NCBI RefSeq assembly: GCF_009914755.1
Contig: NC_060932.1
DNA: 64,000 nt
Source of the DNA: the human T2T-CHM13v2.0 reference genome, Homo sapiens
Direction: 5' to 3' (one strand)
Shown: positions 26,540 through 41,318 of the stretch, one piece after another
How the letters are laid out: each line of letters starts with the position of its first letter
Numbering within the stretch: the first letter of the stretch is position 1
Notes under the pieces: model-generated
What the model saw: the letters and a program-made list of their open reading frames with translations, nothing else
Told to the model about the DNA's origin: nothing
Database searches by the model: none
Program-made: the position numbers and the translations under genes

Positions 26540-26842
26540 TTTTTTTTCTTTCTTTTTTTTTTTTTTTTTTTTTTTGGAGACAGAGTCTTGCTCTGGCTGG
26601 AGGGCTGGAGTACAGCGGCACAATCTCAGCTCACTGACTGCAACCTCTGCCTCCCAGGTTCAAGCAATTCTCCTGCCTCAGCCTCCCTAGTAGCTGGGAT
26701 TACAGGTGTGCACCACCATAGCCAGCTAATTTTTCTGTACTGTAGTAGAGACAGGGTTTCACCGTGTTGCCCAGGCTGATCTTGAACTCCTGAGCTCAGG
26801 CAATCTACCTGCCTAAGCCTTGCAAAATGCTAGGATTACAGG
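26540..26842 (-). mobile_element. AluS, lacking its 5' end
   Basis: Poly-T plus antisense dimer ending ggattacagg. Confidence 0.9.
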
Positions 26843-26909
26843 AAGTTGTTTTCGTTAGTTCACCGGGAAGGCAAATGGTTGTAGAATTCTTTTTAAAACT
26901 TGGATCCCT

Positions 26910-27125
26910 TTGGAGTTGGACAGGCCTGGGTTCGCTTTATGTTATATGCACTTCACTTCCCACCCTGTGCTTCATCATGTGTAACCTTGGGCAAGGCAGT
27001 TAACCTCATCAAGCCTTCATCACTAATCTGTAAAATGAGAAGAATGATGATGCCCACCATATGGGACTATTTTTAAGGGTTAAATTCAACTTGAGCATTC
27101 ACTACAGTTTTAAACACTTAGTAGG
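26910..27125 (+). mobile_element. MIR
   Basis: gtgtaaccttgggcaaggcagttaacctc...atctgtaaaatgag. Confidence 0.75.
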
Positions 27126-27162
27126 CCTTTGGGAAAGGTTGGCTATTCTTGTCACTCACACT

Positions 27163-27552
27163 TGGGAGAGGCTGAATTGTGTCACCCTCAGAATTCATAT
27201 GTTGAACTCCTATTTCCCAGTACCTCAGAATGTGACTGCATTTGGAGATAGGACCCTTAAAGAGATAATTAAAGTAAAATGCAGTCATAGGGGTAGAACC
27301 TAATCCCATGTGACTGGTATCCTCATAAGATGAGGGGATAAGGACGCAGATACACACAGAGGAAAGACCACATGAAGATGCAGGGAGAGGCCAGCCATCC
27401 ACAAGTCACGGAGAGAGGCCTCAAAAGACACCAACCCTGCTGCCACCTCAGTCTTAGACTTCTAGCCTCTAGCATTCTGAAAAACAAATTTCTGTTGTTG
27501 AAGCCACCTTCTCTGTGGTACTCTGTTATGGCAATCCTAAAAAATTGATACT
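27163..27552 (+). mobile_element. MLT1B-like solo LTR
   Basis: ctgaattgtgtc...cagtacctcagaatgtgactgcatttggagatagg...aaatttctgttgttgaagccac. Confidence 0.85.
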
Positions 27553-29423
27553 GATGAAGAGTCTATTTCTAAATTACATGTTAAACAGTGCAAGATAAGG
27601 ATGTTTCTGAAAGTTACCATATTTGTTCTGTTTCTATAATTTTCTTGCATGGGGAAATAACATCAACTGCATGTTCTGTTCTCTGGCCCTAAGCTGCCGT
27701 CTGTGGGATTTGGCCAGCCTGAGTTAGGCTGTGGATGGAATACAGACACAAAGATCAGGCGGCCGTGGTGGTAACCAAGATGCCCCAGGGCATAAAATCA
27801 ACAGTGTAATGATTTAGCATTTGTTATGTCAATACCGTGCTGGTTAGAGCAGCTAGCCTGGGATAAGCACATCAGAGGTAAATCAGAGTGAGCTCATATT
27901 TAAACACCACTCGGTTAGAACAATTTCCGTTTTTCTCCAAGCAGAGCTAAAGATGTTGTTTGTTCACTTAGTGTTATTATGGGAACAAAATCATTAAACT
28001 GTATAGATTTTATTTTCCTTAAACCAGATGGAATCCTGATTTCATTGGGACCGAAGATAATAATGTCCACATAAACTGCTGATTGCTCTTGGTGGATAAC
28101 TCCCCTAACTCCACGTGACTCTTTCCTTCTCCCTGGCAATTTGCATTCTTTCTCTTTCCTGCTTCCAAGCCTATCCTTGGGGCTGCTCATCTGCCCTTTG
28201 TGCTGCTTTCTTTCCCAGCTAGGCAAGGTGTGGGCACAGGGACAACCCTGACAGCCCCGGAATCCAGGCCACTTGAATCCTTTTGTCCTGCTTTCATTCA
28301 TCCCGGGTTCACCAACCCTAGGGACAGGGAACAGGGACTTCCCCATCCTCACTACCTTCGGACCTTTCTGCAGCCATACTGAAGCCCTGACGGCTCTCTT
28401 GCTGATGAAAAGCAACTTGTCCATTGTCACGGAAGGGAAAAAAGAGACCTAAGTCATTAAAACATTTATCCCCGAAGTTTTGGGAGGTTGGCTCTCTGTA
28501 AGTGACACCAGGGTCTGTGTCCGTAAATTGGAGATGGTAAAAGGACAGAGTTTAGCATTTCCATGTGGTTGGGCAACTGCAGGGTCCACACAGAGAGTCA
28601 GTGCCTCCTGACGTGCTGCGTCCCAGGTGCCCTGCTTGCTTGCCTCTGCTTGTCCTGGGACGTGCCCTGTGACCATTCCCCGCTTTTGGCAATCGTAACA
28701 AGGAGCAGCTGGCAGGGGGAGCGTGGTTTGCAGAGTCCCAGCTCCAGCATCCCAGAGCAGAGGTGGATTAGTGCTGAGAAACAATAGCTTAACAGCCAGC
28801 ACAGTCACATAGGCTCTGTCGCTTAGTTTGAACCTCATGACAATCCCGAGAAGTAGAGCAGGTACTGTCATCCCCATGACTCAGCTCAGAGACTTGCTGA
28901 GGTCTTGGGAGGAGATCTGGAGCTGGGCGTCGAGTCTTCTGAGTGTCCTGATGTTTCATCACCCCTCAGATCACGCCAAGGAGGCAGCTGCCTACTCAGC
29001 TCATCCACAGCCTGGCCTGATCCCCTCCCTCCGTCAAGAATATTGTGCTGTGCCACGCTCTTACCAAACCCAGCCTGCACAGTCTTACTCAACCCCTGGT
29101 TGCATCTTTTTCTTGTATCCTACAACATCAATTTCATTTACAGATAACTTTTCTTATTGCTGGATATCTGAGGGCTGCCCGAAACGTCCTGAGCACTTTA
29201 TTTTCCAGAGTAGGGATTAGCAGGAAGTCTTTTATTTCTGCCAGCAGGAGCCACCTGAATCTCTCTGGCACAATGACTGTCATGATCTGTTTCCTACTGT
29301 ATCTTGCATCCAGAAAAAGAAATGCAAAAAGTACAGGTTGCAAGTACAAATGCCAAGCCTGGATTTTTCCCAACTGGGAAGGGCCAAACCTGAAAGTCAT
29401 GCCCAGAGTCCTGGTGGCCACTA

Positions 29424-29810
<387 letters not shown>

Positions 29811-30709
29811 TTAGGTGATTATACATTGATTTTATACTTTGTGCCAAAACCTGTCAGATCTTGGCCTGCCTGTCTCCAGCTTACACAATTGGGCGCATTC
29901 CTCAGTACTAGGGGTTGGCTGGGGCAACGGTGTTGGGGAAAGAAAATGAAGAAAACCGAGGCGTTTTGTGCTGAGCCTCTCAATCTGTGTGCCAGTGTTC
30001 TTGAGCAACTGTTAGAGAAGCCAAGTCCAGGCGGTAGGCGGTTTATGGGGCTCGGAATTCCCCCTCGAGGTTCCCATGGAGACTCCCCTGAGAGAGCTGC
30101 TCCCAGCCGCCCCAGGCGTGGAAGGAACAGGCAGAGCTTGGTAAAGGAGGAGAGAAGGTCTCAGGGATGGCAGCGTGGGAGCCCAGGCAGGTGACCCCCG
30201 GGCCTGCCTTGTTGGGGACTGACCTTGAGAAAAATTGTTACTTCAAATTGTTACTCTTGCTGAAAGGGGCGTTTCTGTGGTACCCTCTCTCTGGACATCA
30301 AGTCAGTTTCCCTGGGAAGGCCTGGGGGATCCTGAGAGGGGTAGGGTGTTCTCTGAAAGTGTGATTTCCCCTGCCGGTCCCAGCTGCTTCTGCTCCAGCC
30401 ACACTCTTCAGGACTGTCAGGGTCTGGGCTGAAGGTGGCTGAGAAGCGGGAAGGTAGGCACGGCTCTGCCACAAGTTCTCCTTCAGGCCCTGACTAGCTA
30501 TTGGTAGTCTAGCTGTTGGTAGCCATTGGCCACCCGGCTGCCATCCCAGCCACAAGCCCCACAGACCCAAGAAGACACCCCCTGATCCATTCACATTTGG
30601 AGTGGGAAGGAAGACCAGGTTGGTTTTCACAGTAGGACTTAACTGTTGTGAGAATGGAAATGTGTGGATTAGAGGCAGGAATATTGGTGCCCAGTTACCC
30701 TTTGAGCCT

Positions 30710-30970
30710 ATTTGTTCATTCATTCATTTGAGTAGAGCTGCTGAGGCCTACTATGTGTCAGGTTGGATGCCAGGCCCTGGAGACAGAAAGGTAAGTAGGC
30801 CAAAGTTACTGCTGAGCCCACCGTGAAGAGACAAAGCGAGTTTAAGCGACGACAGTCCGGTGTGGTAGGCGCTGAGATGGGAGCCTGGCCCACATGCTCT
30901 GGGATACATTGGAGGATGGGCTCCCAACTCAGTCACACAAGACAGGGAAGAATTCCTGGAAGAAGCAGCA
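30710..30970 (-). mobile_element. L2
   Basis: ttcattcattcatt...cctactatgtgtcagg. Confidence 0.6.
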
Positions 30971-31199
30971 GTGAAGCTGAGGCCTTGGGCTTGGTTTAAA
31001 CCCCAGACTCCCACTTGGTCTGTCTCTACAGCCCATTTCTTGTCCTATCCACATGTGCTCCTCTGCCTCTTTCGTCTGCTGATTTCCATCCCTGTCCACC
31101 CCCCATATCAAGCCTCTTTTACTTCTAAATCTTTGTTGAGTGTTGACTCTGTGCACTGAGCTAGAAGCAACCATTACCTCCCAGCAACCCTATGAGATC

Positions 31200-31560
31200 A
31201 TGAAGTCAGACCACCTGGCTTCAAACCCCAGCTCAGCCACTGCAAGCCATGAGATCTGGGTCAAGTTAGTGAACCTCTCTGTGTCTGTTTCCCTAACTGT
31301 ACAGTGAGCCTAATGATAGTACACACTCCACAGTGTTGGTGTGAGGTCTAAATGAGTTAATATATGTAAAATGCACAGAGAGACATCAGGGATATGTTCA
31401 GAGCTGCGTGTGTGTTAACTAATATTGTGGTAGCCTCCACTTTATAGATGAAGAAGTTGAATTCAGAGAAGTTAACAATTTATCCAAAGCCACACAACTG
31501 GTAACCGGTCAGAGGCAGGATTTGAAGTCAGGGTTTCTGACTTCATGTCCAAAGTTCCCT
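31200..31560. mobile_element. Two adjacent MIRs in opposite orientation (+ then -)
   Basis: aacctctctgtgtctgtttcc...aaatgagttaatatatgtaaa, then tttatagatgaagaag...ccaaagccacacaac. Confidence 0.7.
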
Positions 31561-31624
31561 TTTCCATGACACCACAGCTGCCTCTGATACCCTTTTCCAT
31601 GACACCACAACTGCCTCTGATACC
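31557..31624. repeat. 33-bp tandem duplication
   Basis: cccttttccatgacaccaca(g/a)ctgcctctgata x2. Confidence 0.9.
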
Positions 31625-32024
31625 ATCTCTGGTTCAGAGTCCTACCTGCCCCTGTGGCCAAGGTCGTGACCTCCTGCCGTGCTATCTCAGCGCTGTCCCA
31701 CCAACCTATTGCAGCAGCTGAGCCTGGTCCTGTCCACCACAGCCCACGTCTGAGCACTGGAACACACAAGAGTTTGGGCCCTCAAGACCACTCTCAGCCT
31801 GAGCCCTGCCTATTCAAACTGGCTGTTCTTGTGCAGAGAAGGAAGCGGGTCACCTCAGTGGCAGGAAGGGAGCATCAAGAAGGCAACTGAGAAAGCTGCA
31901 GTGTTGAAATGAGGGAAGTGTCAAGGTGTCATAGTGGAGGCATGGAGTGGAGCCAGGCAGGTGGAGTGAGGCTAATAGGTACACAAGGATTTCAAATAAA
32001 GGCAAACTTTCCCCTTTTGGAGGT

Positions 32025-32140
32025 GGTTTTTTTGTTTTGTTTTGTTTTGGAGACAGGGTTTTGCTCTGTGGCCAGGGCTGGAGTGCAGTGGTATGATCAC
32101 AGCTCACTGTAGCCTCAACCTCCTGGGCTCAAGCGACCCT
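32025..32140 (-). mobile_element. AluJ/FRAM right-arm fragment
   Basis: gagacagggttttgctctgt...ggctcaagcga. Confidence 0.8.
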
Positions 32141-33499
32141 TTGGAGGCTTTTTAATGTGACTTTGTAATGCTAACTAAGGCACTGAGCACTAATTTCAAA
32201 TGGAAATTCCTACAATTATCCTAAATGTTCTCATAACAACCCACTAGATCCGTATTAAGTCTATCCTGTAGTCCTTTCGGCCATTTGATAGAAATTGACC
32301 AGGGGGTCAGAAATTGGGAATCAGAGTCTCCAAGTTCTGTGCTTGCCCCGTGACTTTGGAGAGATGTTTCTTTTTAAGAATCTGCTTCCTCATCTGGAAA
32401 CCAAGGGAAATTTTACGGTTTTCCTCTGAGGGGTATTTTTGAGGGTAGTTGTAGACCATCTTCCAAGTACAAAGCCTCAGATATGCAGAAAGAGAGCTGG
32501 CATTTCAGAAAATGTGGAGCTCAAGTGTTTTCAAATCCATTATTATTTCCATCTAGGAGCATTTTTTTAAAGAGGCCAGGTTAGTTCCAATGGATTCAAT
32601 ACTGTGTTCATCTACTCCTGAATAACAATAATCAAAGTTCTTTATTTATTTGAGTTTCGTTTGAGATGTTTCAGCCCATTATCCTTCAGCTGGGCCACTG
32701 AACCTACACTCAGAAATGAGAACCAGCTGACTAAATAAATAGTTGCATATGGAAAAGAAGTAGGAAACACCTTTCCAAAACTAATAATATTAACAAACTT
32801 CCAAGAGACACACAATCCATAATTAGTGACTATTTGGGGGGAAAAAAAGACACAAACCTTGGAATTTGAAATGTGATTCTGAGAACAGCCTGGTGTGTTT
32901 TTTCTTGCTCAGAATCTGTCCACCCTTTTTTTTGGCCCCTTTCCCTTCTGACAGCCACATTAATTCAAATTCTTTCTCTACATGTCTGTAGATTGCAAAT
33001 TTAGATACTGGGATTCAATACTTCTTGCCTGAACTCCCAGAGTCGCCAGTCGACAAAGGCTTATTAAAAACCTCAGTAAGTCATGTGACCAGACAGAACT
33101 GATTCTAGCTCAGCCCACAGGAAGGGTAGCCTTGCTCTCAGAAACCAAATCTCTGGCAAGGCTGCCTTTAGGGTCAGATTCAGTGACATTGGACTCCATG
33201 CTGGGGCAGACCCAATCGGTGTGCCTAGGCCAAGATTCAGCAGGCCACAGATGCCTGGGGAATGAGCTTGACCTCCTGGAGTCACTCCTTAAGAGAAGCA
33301 CCCAGCCTATATCCCTGGGTTGTCCCACTTCCAACACAGCCCATATAATGCTGAAATTCATATGCCATTTACTAACCTGTGCCAGATCATCATATCACCC
33401 TCCCCTCTTTCTCTCAAGTGTGGTAGAAATGGCTAGTTGACCCCTGAAAAGTCATGATCTCCTTGACTCCTTGATCTGTATAGTATGAACTTGCTGTTG

Positions 33500-33815
33500 A
33501 GAAGCAGGTGACTAACCAGGGACTCCATTTCCCAGCCTCTCAACCCACCCCATGTCCTTCACTCTGGCCAGTGAAATAAGAGCCTGAGAGATGTGTCACT
33601 TTCTGGCTGAGGTGGTTAAGTATCCAGTGTGGCTTTCCTCACTCTCTTCCCCAGCTTGTATCACTAAAGGACAGAGGCCTGGATCCCTGAGTAGCTGGGT
33701 GGAGGAAGAGCCCAGGACTGCTGCCTGACCAGGAATGTCTGATTAGAGTTTGTGTGAGCCCGAAATACACTTTTGTGTTCAGCTGTTAATACTGTGGGTT
33801 TTTCATTGCAGCGGT
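33500..33815 (+). mobile_element. Old MLT1 (J/K-like) LTR
   Basis: catttcccagcctc...tctggccagtgaaat...gcctggatccctgag. Confidence 0.55.
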
Positions 33816-34002
33816 TCGCTGTGTTGACTAAGATAATGCCCATGCAGCATTTCCTAAGCAGCGCATCCTGTGATAGTGGGATTTTCCCCTGCTCCTATCT
33901 TTCTTTGTGCAGAGGACACCAGTGCTGCCCACGTGCCCTGTGGTCTTGTTTGAGTCTCTGTATACCTCTCTCTCCACCCTCCCGAATGGAACCTCGCTTT
34001 GT

Positions 34003-34240
34003 GAGGAGGCAGTAGAGCATGGGCAGAAGTTACAAGCGTAGTTTCTGATCAGATTGCTTAGGTTCAAATCCTGACCCCACCACTTACAAACATGTGAGGC
34101 CTTGAGCAAATGGCTTAACTTCTCTGAGCTTTAAATTCTCTCTCTAACAGAGGGAGAGTACCTTGCAGAGTTGTCATGCTGAATAAACAGAACAGTGTAA
34201 AGTACCTGGCACATAATCAACATAGTAAATATTAGTATTG
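34003..34240 (+). mobile_element. MIR
   Basis: ggttcaaatcctgaccccaccacttac...ccttgagcaaatggcttaacttctctgagc. Confidence 0.8.
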
Positions 34241-36407
34241 TTAGATGGCTGTTACCTACTGAGCCAGCTTCAGCATAATAGATATGCAGATTGACTGCAA
34301 CCAATCAGCATCATTGCCACTCTTCTTTCTCCTCCTTTCTTCTATTCATGTCAGTAATTCCCACCAGTAATGCACAACAGTTTTCTTTCATGGGTACTGG
34401 TGTTTCTTCTAGCTCTGTACCATGGTAACCACCGACCTTCTATTCTGAGGTGCCACAACAAATTTGAAATGTGTAAGTATTTTTTTTCAGAATTAGAAAG
34501 TAGGGTGGATTCCAAGGAAGTGGCCCCTAGTGTGTGCTGGATGAACGCTTACCTGCTTTGGTAGATATCTGGTCCTGCTCAGGAACAGCTGTCCTGATGG
34601 GTCAGCGCTGCCCTCCCTGCCTCCCCTCAGGGTTCTGTGTTTCCAGCTCAGCTCTTGGGAGCTTTGGTAATGCAGAAAGCCAAGTGGGTAAAAGGATAAG
34701 AAGCACCCAGACTAGTATTAGAGAGGGTTTCCCCAAGATTTCAGAGGCAAGAGAAGCTAGGGCATTTGTGGGTTAAGAAGGAAGCAGAAGGAAGAGACAA
34801 GGAGGGCTGAGAACTGTATTGCCTGACATCCATCTTCTTTAGGATGGCCGAGAAGTACAAATAAAGGCCTTATGTGATTTCTAATTGCTTTTTGGTGGCT
34901 AGACTGTCTTTCATGTATCATGGTCTTATTCTGAGACTGGACTGTGAAGCCACAGCTTCAATAGGGTTATAACGCTTTTTTGCATAGATTGACATTCATC
35001 CATCCTATAAGCAGATGATAAACCTTATTTGAGAAATTAAATGAACACAGCAGCCTTTGTTCAGCTGAGTAACAGGATTGAGGGGTTCCATCGGGGGCAA
35101 CAGGTGTGGCAGAGCAGTGAAAAAGGCTGGCACATTCCCAGAGGAGGCAGCAGCCCCAACCTTGCTTCTAGCTTTCTGAATATTGAACAGGCAAAGGCCA
35201 GCACAGACAGCATGAGACAGACATCTCTGACCCCATAGAGTCTCGGGCATTCACCTCCTAATGCTATGAGTAAACCAGCGCTGCCATCAGAACGTCTTGG
35301 CTATTGGCACCAGAGCCGTGACTGTCGCCCCATTTCAGATTCTGGTTAGAATGCAGATAAGTTCACAGTTTACAGGCTTTGAAGCCCTAACTGAACCTTT
35401 CTCCAGGACCTGTTTGCAAGTGGCTCTTCCATGATAAGTCCTCCTCCACTGGGATTCTTATGGATTTGGGCCCAGAAGGACTTTAAAGGTCATATAGCAC
35501 AACTCCTTTATTTGAGAGAGGAGGGCACTTGAAATCCTGTGGCTTCTCCTCTAACACATGCTTTGCTAACTGAGATGGTAACAGAAGCTGAACTTGGCCA
35601 GCATGCCCAAGGGGCTAGCATTTCCGTGGGTGTTAGTAGTGAAAGAGAAACATGTTCACTGGGGTCTGGGGTGCTGAGACTTCACAGCCGTGGGCTGGGA
35701 TGGCCTGGAAAATGGGCTCCCTTCCTCTAGGCTGATGGTCTGAATTGCCTCTGAATGGAGGGCATCAGGGGTCCATTGGGTGCTGGTGTCACAGAGCTGC
35801 ATTTCTGTTCACTCTATCGTGACCTGCCGGTGGCTTCCTGGAAAAGGCTGAGCTAATCCTCAGCAATCCTTAGCATGAGAGCTCAAAGGTGACTGATGTT
35901 TCACAACAGGAGACTCGGTCCTTTGGCTTAAGTCTTCATCCTCTATTACAATGCAAATATCCTTGAACAAGAGGTGCTATAGTGGGAGAGTAGAGAACTG
36001 GATGCTAGTGCCAATTCTGCTATTGGCTCCTGGGTAACCGTGGGCAGCATTCTCACACTTGGAGCCTCAGCCTGTGGGTCACAGGACACTATCTCTGGGG
36101 TACCTGAAAGTGCTGCTAGGATTCTAACGTAACTAGAGAAGAATGAATGACCCCTCACACTTGACTGTGGTCCTTTTCCAGAGAGCAGCTTAGGAGAAAA
36201 CGGATGTGGAGAGTCATTGGGAGACTTTGGGCTCTGAAAGGGAACTTCACAACCTGGCTCAGGGCTGCACAACACAGGAAAGGCAGTGCTCATGGCTCAG
36301 AGCCCACCAGTGCTGCTGGTCTGGACAGTGACATCTTGAGCCCTTATGAGGGGGCAGCTCTGTTCCCAGACGTGTGTCACCCAGAGTCCAAAGCCTCTGT
36401 CACTTCA

Positions 36408-37103
<696 letters not shown>

Positions 37104-38429
37104 CCCATTGGGTTCTTGATAATTCTTTAATCAAGCAATTGCTCCCCAAAAGTTTTATACCATAAATACTCTTGCTAGTTTTCTCCAATAAAAGATGAAA
37201 TGGCTTCTCTTTTGCTTGACTTCGGAGGGCCCATTACTGTTTGAATTTGAATTTGAGCTACCCCCACTTCAGGCAGAAGAGGAGTCTTTTTAGTCTGCAT
37301 GAGGGAGAGCTGAACTGTGTTAGGCAAGAGAATTTTGTTGTAGTTGATGTTGTGCTTAATATTGGTGGATGGTGGATATTGGCCTTGGGGCCCCTTAAGC
37401 AATTGAATGAAGCAGACACCTGCCACGTTTCCTGGCTGTCCAGCAACTTTTTAAACTCACCTTTGCTCTACTTGGGAAATGTCCTGCTTTGTAAGTCCTA
37501 CTTTCACCAGGAACAACCCAGAAAATTCAGTCTGCAAACTCCTCTGCCATTATAGCACAAGTAATATGAGCTGGGTTCTCCCAATCAAATTACCTGTGGG
37601 GGACCTGGACTTGGAAGTGAGGACCTTACAGAACCCATTTTGCTGGCAAGGCAGGTAACAGAGGTTTCTTTGGGAAGAAATGTGGTTAAGATGGCATCAG
37701 TGGAGTTGCCTGGCTGGGAGCTTTTGCCCGGGTGGCAGCTGCTTCCTCATCAGGACAGGGCTGTAGCATGGATTTGGACATCGTTCTATGGAATTGCTTC
37801 TCCAGGCTCCCGCTAAGTCTGTGAGCTAGCCAATTCCCTTCCCATAAACTCCTTTATTTTTGATTACCAGAGCCGGCCTTTGTGGCTTTCTGTTGAAAGC
37901 TTCGAAGGATTCAACAATCAACCACTAACTGGACGACTCCTCCTCACAGGCACTCTGTGCCCTGAGGTTGCCACAGCAGCAGGAGGCTCAGCCATACCTC
38001 CAGGAGTTCCCCTTCTCAAACCTCATTCCTCACCATTTCTTTCCTGCCTATTCACTCCAGGCCTCCCACATGGTCCTGTTGAGTTTATCCCCTCCTGTTG
38101 CCACACTAACGGCCACTCTGTGGGAAATGCAGTGGTTTTTTAAAACCACCTGAGTCGCCTGGTTTTAAAGAATGAACCTGGCCTAAGGGAGGCACATATC
38201 CTCCATTCCAGAGATAGAGACCAGGTGCTCTTCCAGGATGGCAGCCCCCCAAGAATCTGCTTGGGGGTTTCAACTCAGTTTCCAAATACCTGGGCCATCA
38301 TTCCTTACACAGAGCCTTTGATATCTTCTTGCTTAGATAATTCACCACTAGCCCATGCTAGAATCCAAAGAAATGTCCAGTTAGGTAATTTTTGTTTGTC
38401 TCCAGTGAGAAGTATTTCCAGAAAGTAAA

Positions 38430-38540
38430 CACTACAAGGACAGGGATGTGTTTACTGATGCAGTCATCCTAGTGTCTAGAACTGTTCCTGGCACCTAATG
38501 AGGTACTCAGTAAATCACTGTTGAATAAATGTAGGAATTT
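38430..38540 (+). mobile_element. L2 3' end
   Basis: cctagtgtctagaactgttcctggcacctaatgaggtactcagtaaat...ttgaataaatg. Confidence 0.75.
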
Positions 38541-38575
38541 ATTTAAACTGCAATCTGCCAGATAATGGTCTAAAA

Positions 38576-38930
38576 CAGCGGTCCCCAAACTTCTTGGCAC
38601 CAGGGACTGGTTTAGTGGAAGACAATTTTTCCACAAACAGCAGCAGGGCAGGGGTGGGTGGAGGGGGGATGGTTTCGACATGAAACTGTTCCACCTCAGA
38701 TCATCAGGCATTAGATTCTCATAAGGAGTGAGCAGCCTAGATCCCGCGCATGCACAGTTCACAATAGGGTTTGCGTTCCTACGAAAATCTAATGCCACTG
38801 CTGATCTGACAGGATGTGGTGCTCAGGTGGTAATGCTTGCTCACCTGCCACTCACCTCCTGCTGTGCAGCCCAGTTCCTAATAGGCCACAGACCTGTACC
38901 AGTCAGTGACCCAGGGGTTGAGGACCCCTG
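38576..38930 (+). mobile_element. MER1B hAT-Charlie MITE, full length
   Basis: TIRs cagcggtcccc / ggacccctg; perfect 8-bp TSD GTCTAAAA at 38568 and 38931. Confidence 0.92.
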
Positions 38931-39096
38931 GTCTAAAACAGACTGAAATAGAAATGAACATCACATTGAAAATTTGGTATGCCTTAAGAGCTTCACACAC
39001 ACAAAAAAACTACAGTGTATCTATCCATCTGTTCTAGAAGTCTATAGCCATGGAGGGGGAGGCCCAGTGTATGGTCTTTGTGGAGAAGATGGGCTC

Positions 39097-39373
39097 TTTT
39101 TTTTTTTTTGAGACAGGGTGTCACTCTGTTGACCAGGCTTGAGTGCAGTGGTGCACTTATAGCTTGTTGCAACCTTGAACTCCTGGGCTCAAGGGATCTT
39201 CCCGCCTCAGCCTGGTAGCTGGGATTACAGGTATATACCACTAAGCCCAGCTAATTTTTAATTTTTTTGTAAAGAGGTAGTTTTGCCTTGTTGCCCAGGC
39301 TGGCCTCAAGCAATACTCCTGCCTCGGCCTCCCAAAGTGTTGGGATTACAGGTGTGAGCCATTGCACCTGGCC
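39097..39373 (-). mobile_element. AluJ
   Basis: Antisense dimer with small deletions. Confidence 0.9.
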
Positions 39374-40121
39374 TGGTTAGCTCTTTGTGATATTTTTTGG
39401 TATCAACTACTAATTAAAATTTGTTGGCATTTGGTACATTTTTATTCTAGGAAGCCCTGAAAAATCTCAACTATTTGCAAAGCACCTTCTTCTTCTTTTT
39501 TTTTAAAAAAGGGGGCAACAATGTATATTGACATTTTTAGTTTTAAGCCTGCTTGAAACTGGTCTTTAATGTTTATATAAATTTAATACAAGCTTCCTGA
39601 TGACATCACCCTCTTGCTGTGGCCTTTGGGAGATAGTGGAGAGTCTCACATCAAGTGCATTTTTAGTCTGTGGTTGACAAGCATGTTGAAGCTTTTGCAT
39701 GCATCACCTCAGTTATCCTTCAAGGACCTTGAAAGATACAAGTCATTTAATAATCTCCATTTGACCAATAAAGAAAGTGGTGCATAGAGAGGTTAAATTA
39801 CTTGCTAGTGATTGGTGGAGCCAAGATTCCAATCCAGTCCAGCTGACACCAGAGCCTGCGGACCTGACCATCGAGTGTTCTGAAACTGGTAGACCAGAGG
39901 GCTTCTGGGGCCCCTCTAGTGTCTATGTACAGTAGAAAATGCTCAAAAATGATTGTCATCCCCAAATATTCAGCCCCTACCATAAGTCTCACAGCATCTA
40001 CTAGAGGCACCATGATAACTTAGCCCAGGCAATAGTCATTGCTTCTAGGATGTTATTCTCTAGCCTTATACTCTAGCATGCCCCATCCACACAAATGCAA
40101 CTTTTTAAAACCAATATTTCA

Positions 40122-40245
40122 CAGCTGGGTGTGGCGGCTCACACCTGTAATCCTAGCTGCTTGGGAGGCTGAGGCGGGAGGATCACTGGAGCCCAGGAGT
40201 TTGAGACTAGCCTGGAAAACACAGTGAGACCATGTCTCAAAAACT
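40122..40245 (+). mobile_element. FLAM / Alu left monomer
   Basis: Single left arm with A-rich end. Confidence 0.8.
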
Positions 40246-40491
40246 AAAATCAAATCAAGTATATCTAGAAAATTCTCTGTGTGCTCACTCAACAGAATAC
40301 AAAGGCTCAATTTCCCATCTTAGCTTTTAGCTCAAATGTTCTATGTCTTCTAATCTTGCTCTAAGCACATTGAATCCACTTACAGAATTTCTTTGATGCC
40401 AGAGTTGCTCTGAATTGCCAACTGACCTCAGTGGTAAAGGTTTGACAGCAACATTATTTGCTTTAAGTTGTCAGCAGGAAATACTTTATCA

Positions 40492-40865
<374 letters not shown>

Positions 40866-40962
40866 TTAAACGTTTGTGGGAAATGGAGTGGTGTGGGGGA
40901 TGAAATGTGTTTCTTCCCCTATTTTCCAATTCCTTCACCTCTTATCCATCAAAGTAAGGATA

Positions 40963-41318
40963 TGATATGATTTAGCTCTGTGTCCCCACCCAAATCTCAT
41001 CTTGTAACTCCCATAATTCCCACATGTTGTAGGAGGGGCTGGGTGGAAGATGATTGAATTATGGGGATGGGTCTTTCCCATACTGTTCTCATGATAGTGA
41101 ATGGATCTCACAAGATCTGATGGTTTTAAAAATGGGAGTTTCTTTGCACAAGCTCTCTTTTTGCCTGCTGCCATCCACGTAAGATGTGACTTGCTCCTCT
41201 TTGCCCTTCCGCCATGATTGTGAGGCTTCCCCAGCCACACAGAACTGTGAGTCTTTCCTTTGTAAATTGCCCAGTCTTGGCTATGTCTTTATTAGCAGTG
41301 TGAAAACGGACTAATGCA
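40963..41318 (+). mobile_element. THE1B-like MaLR solo LTR
   Basis: tgatatgatttagctctgtgtccccacccaaatctcatc...gtgaaaacggactaatgca; 5-bp TSD ggat(a/g). Confidence 0.9.

Noticed and set aside
31557-31624. 33-bp direct repeats as a possible CRISPR array
   Set aside because: Only two adjacent copies, no spacers, no cas genes, primate DNA.
34416-34429. tgtaccATGGTAAC as a third X-box
   Set aside because: Only one good half-site and no adjacent strong donor or promoter cluster.
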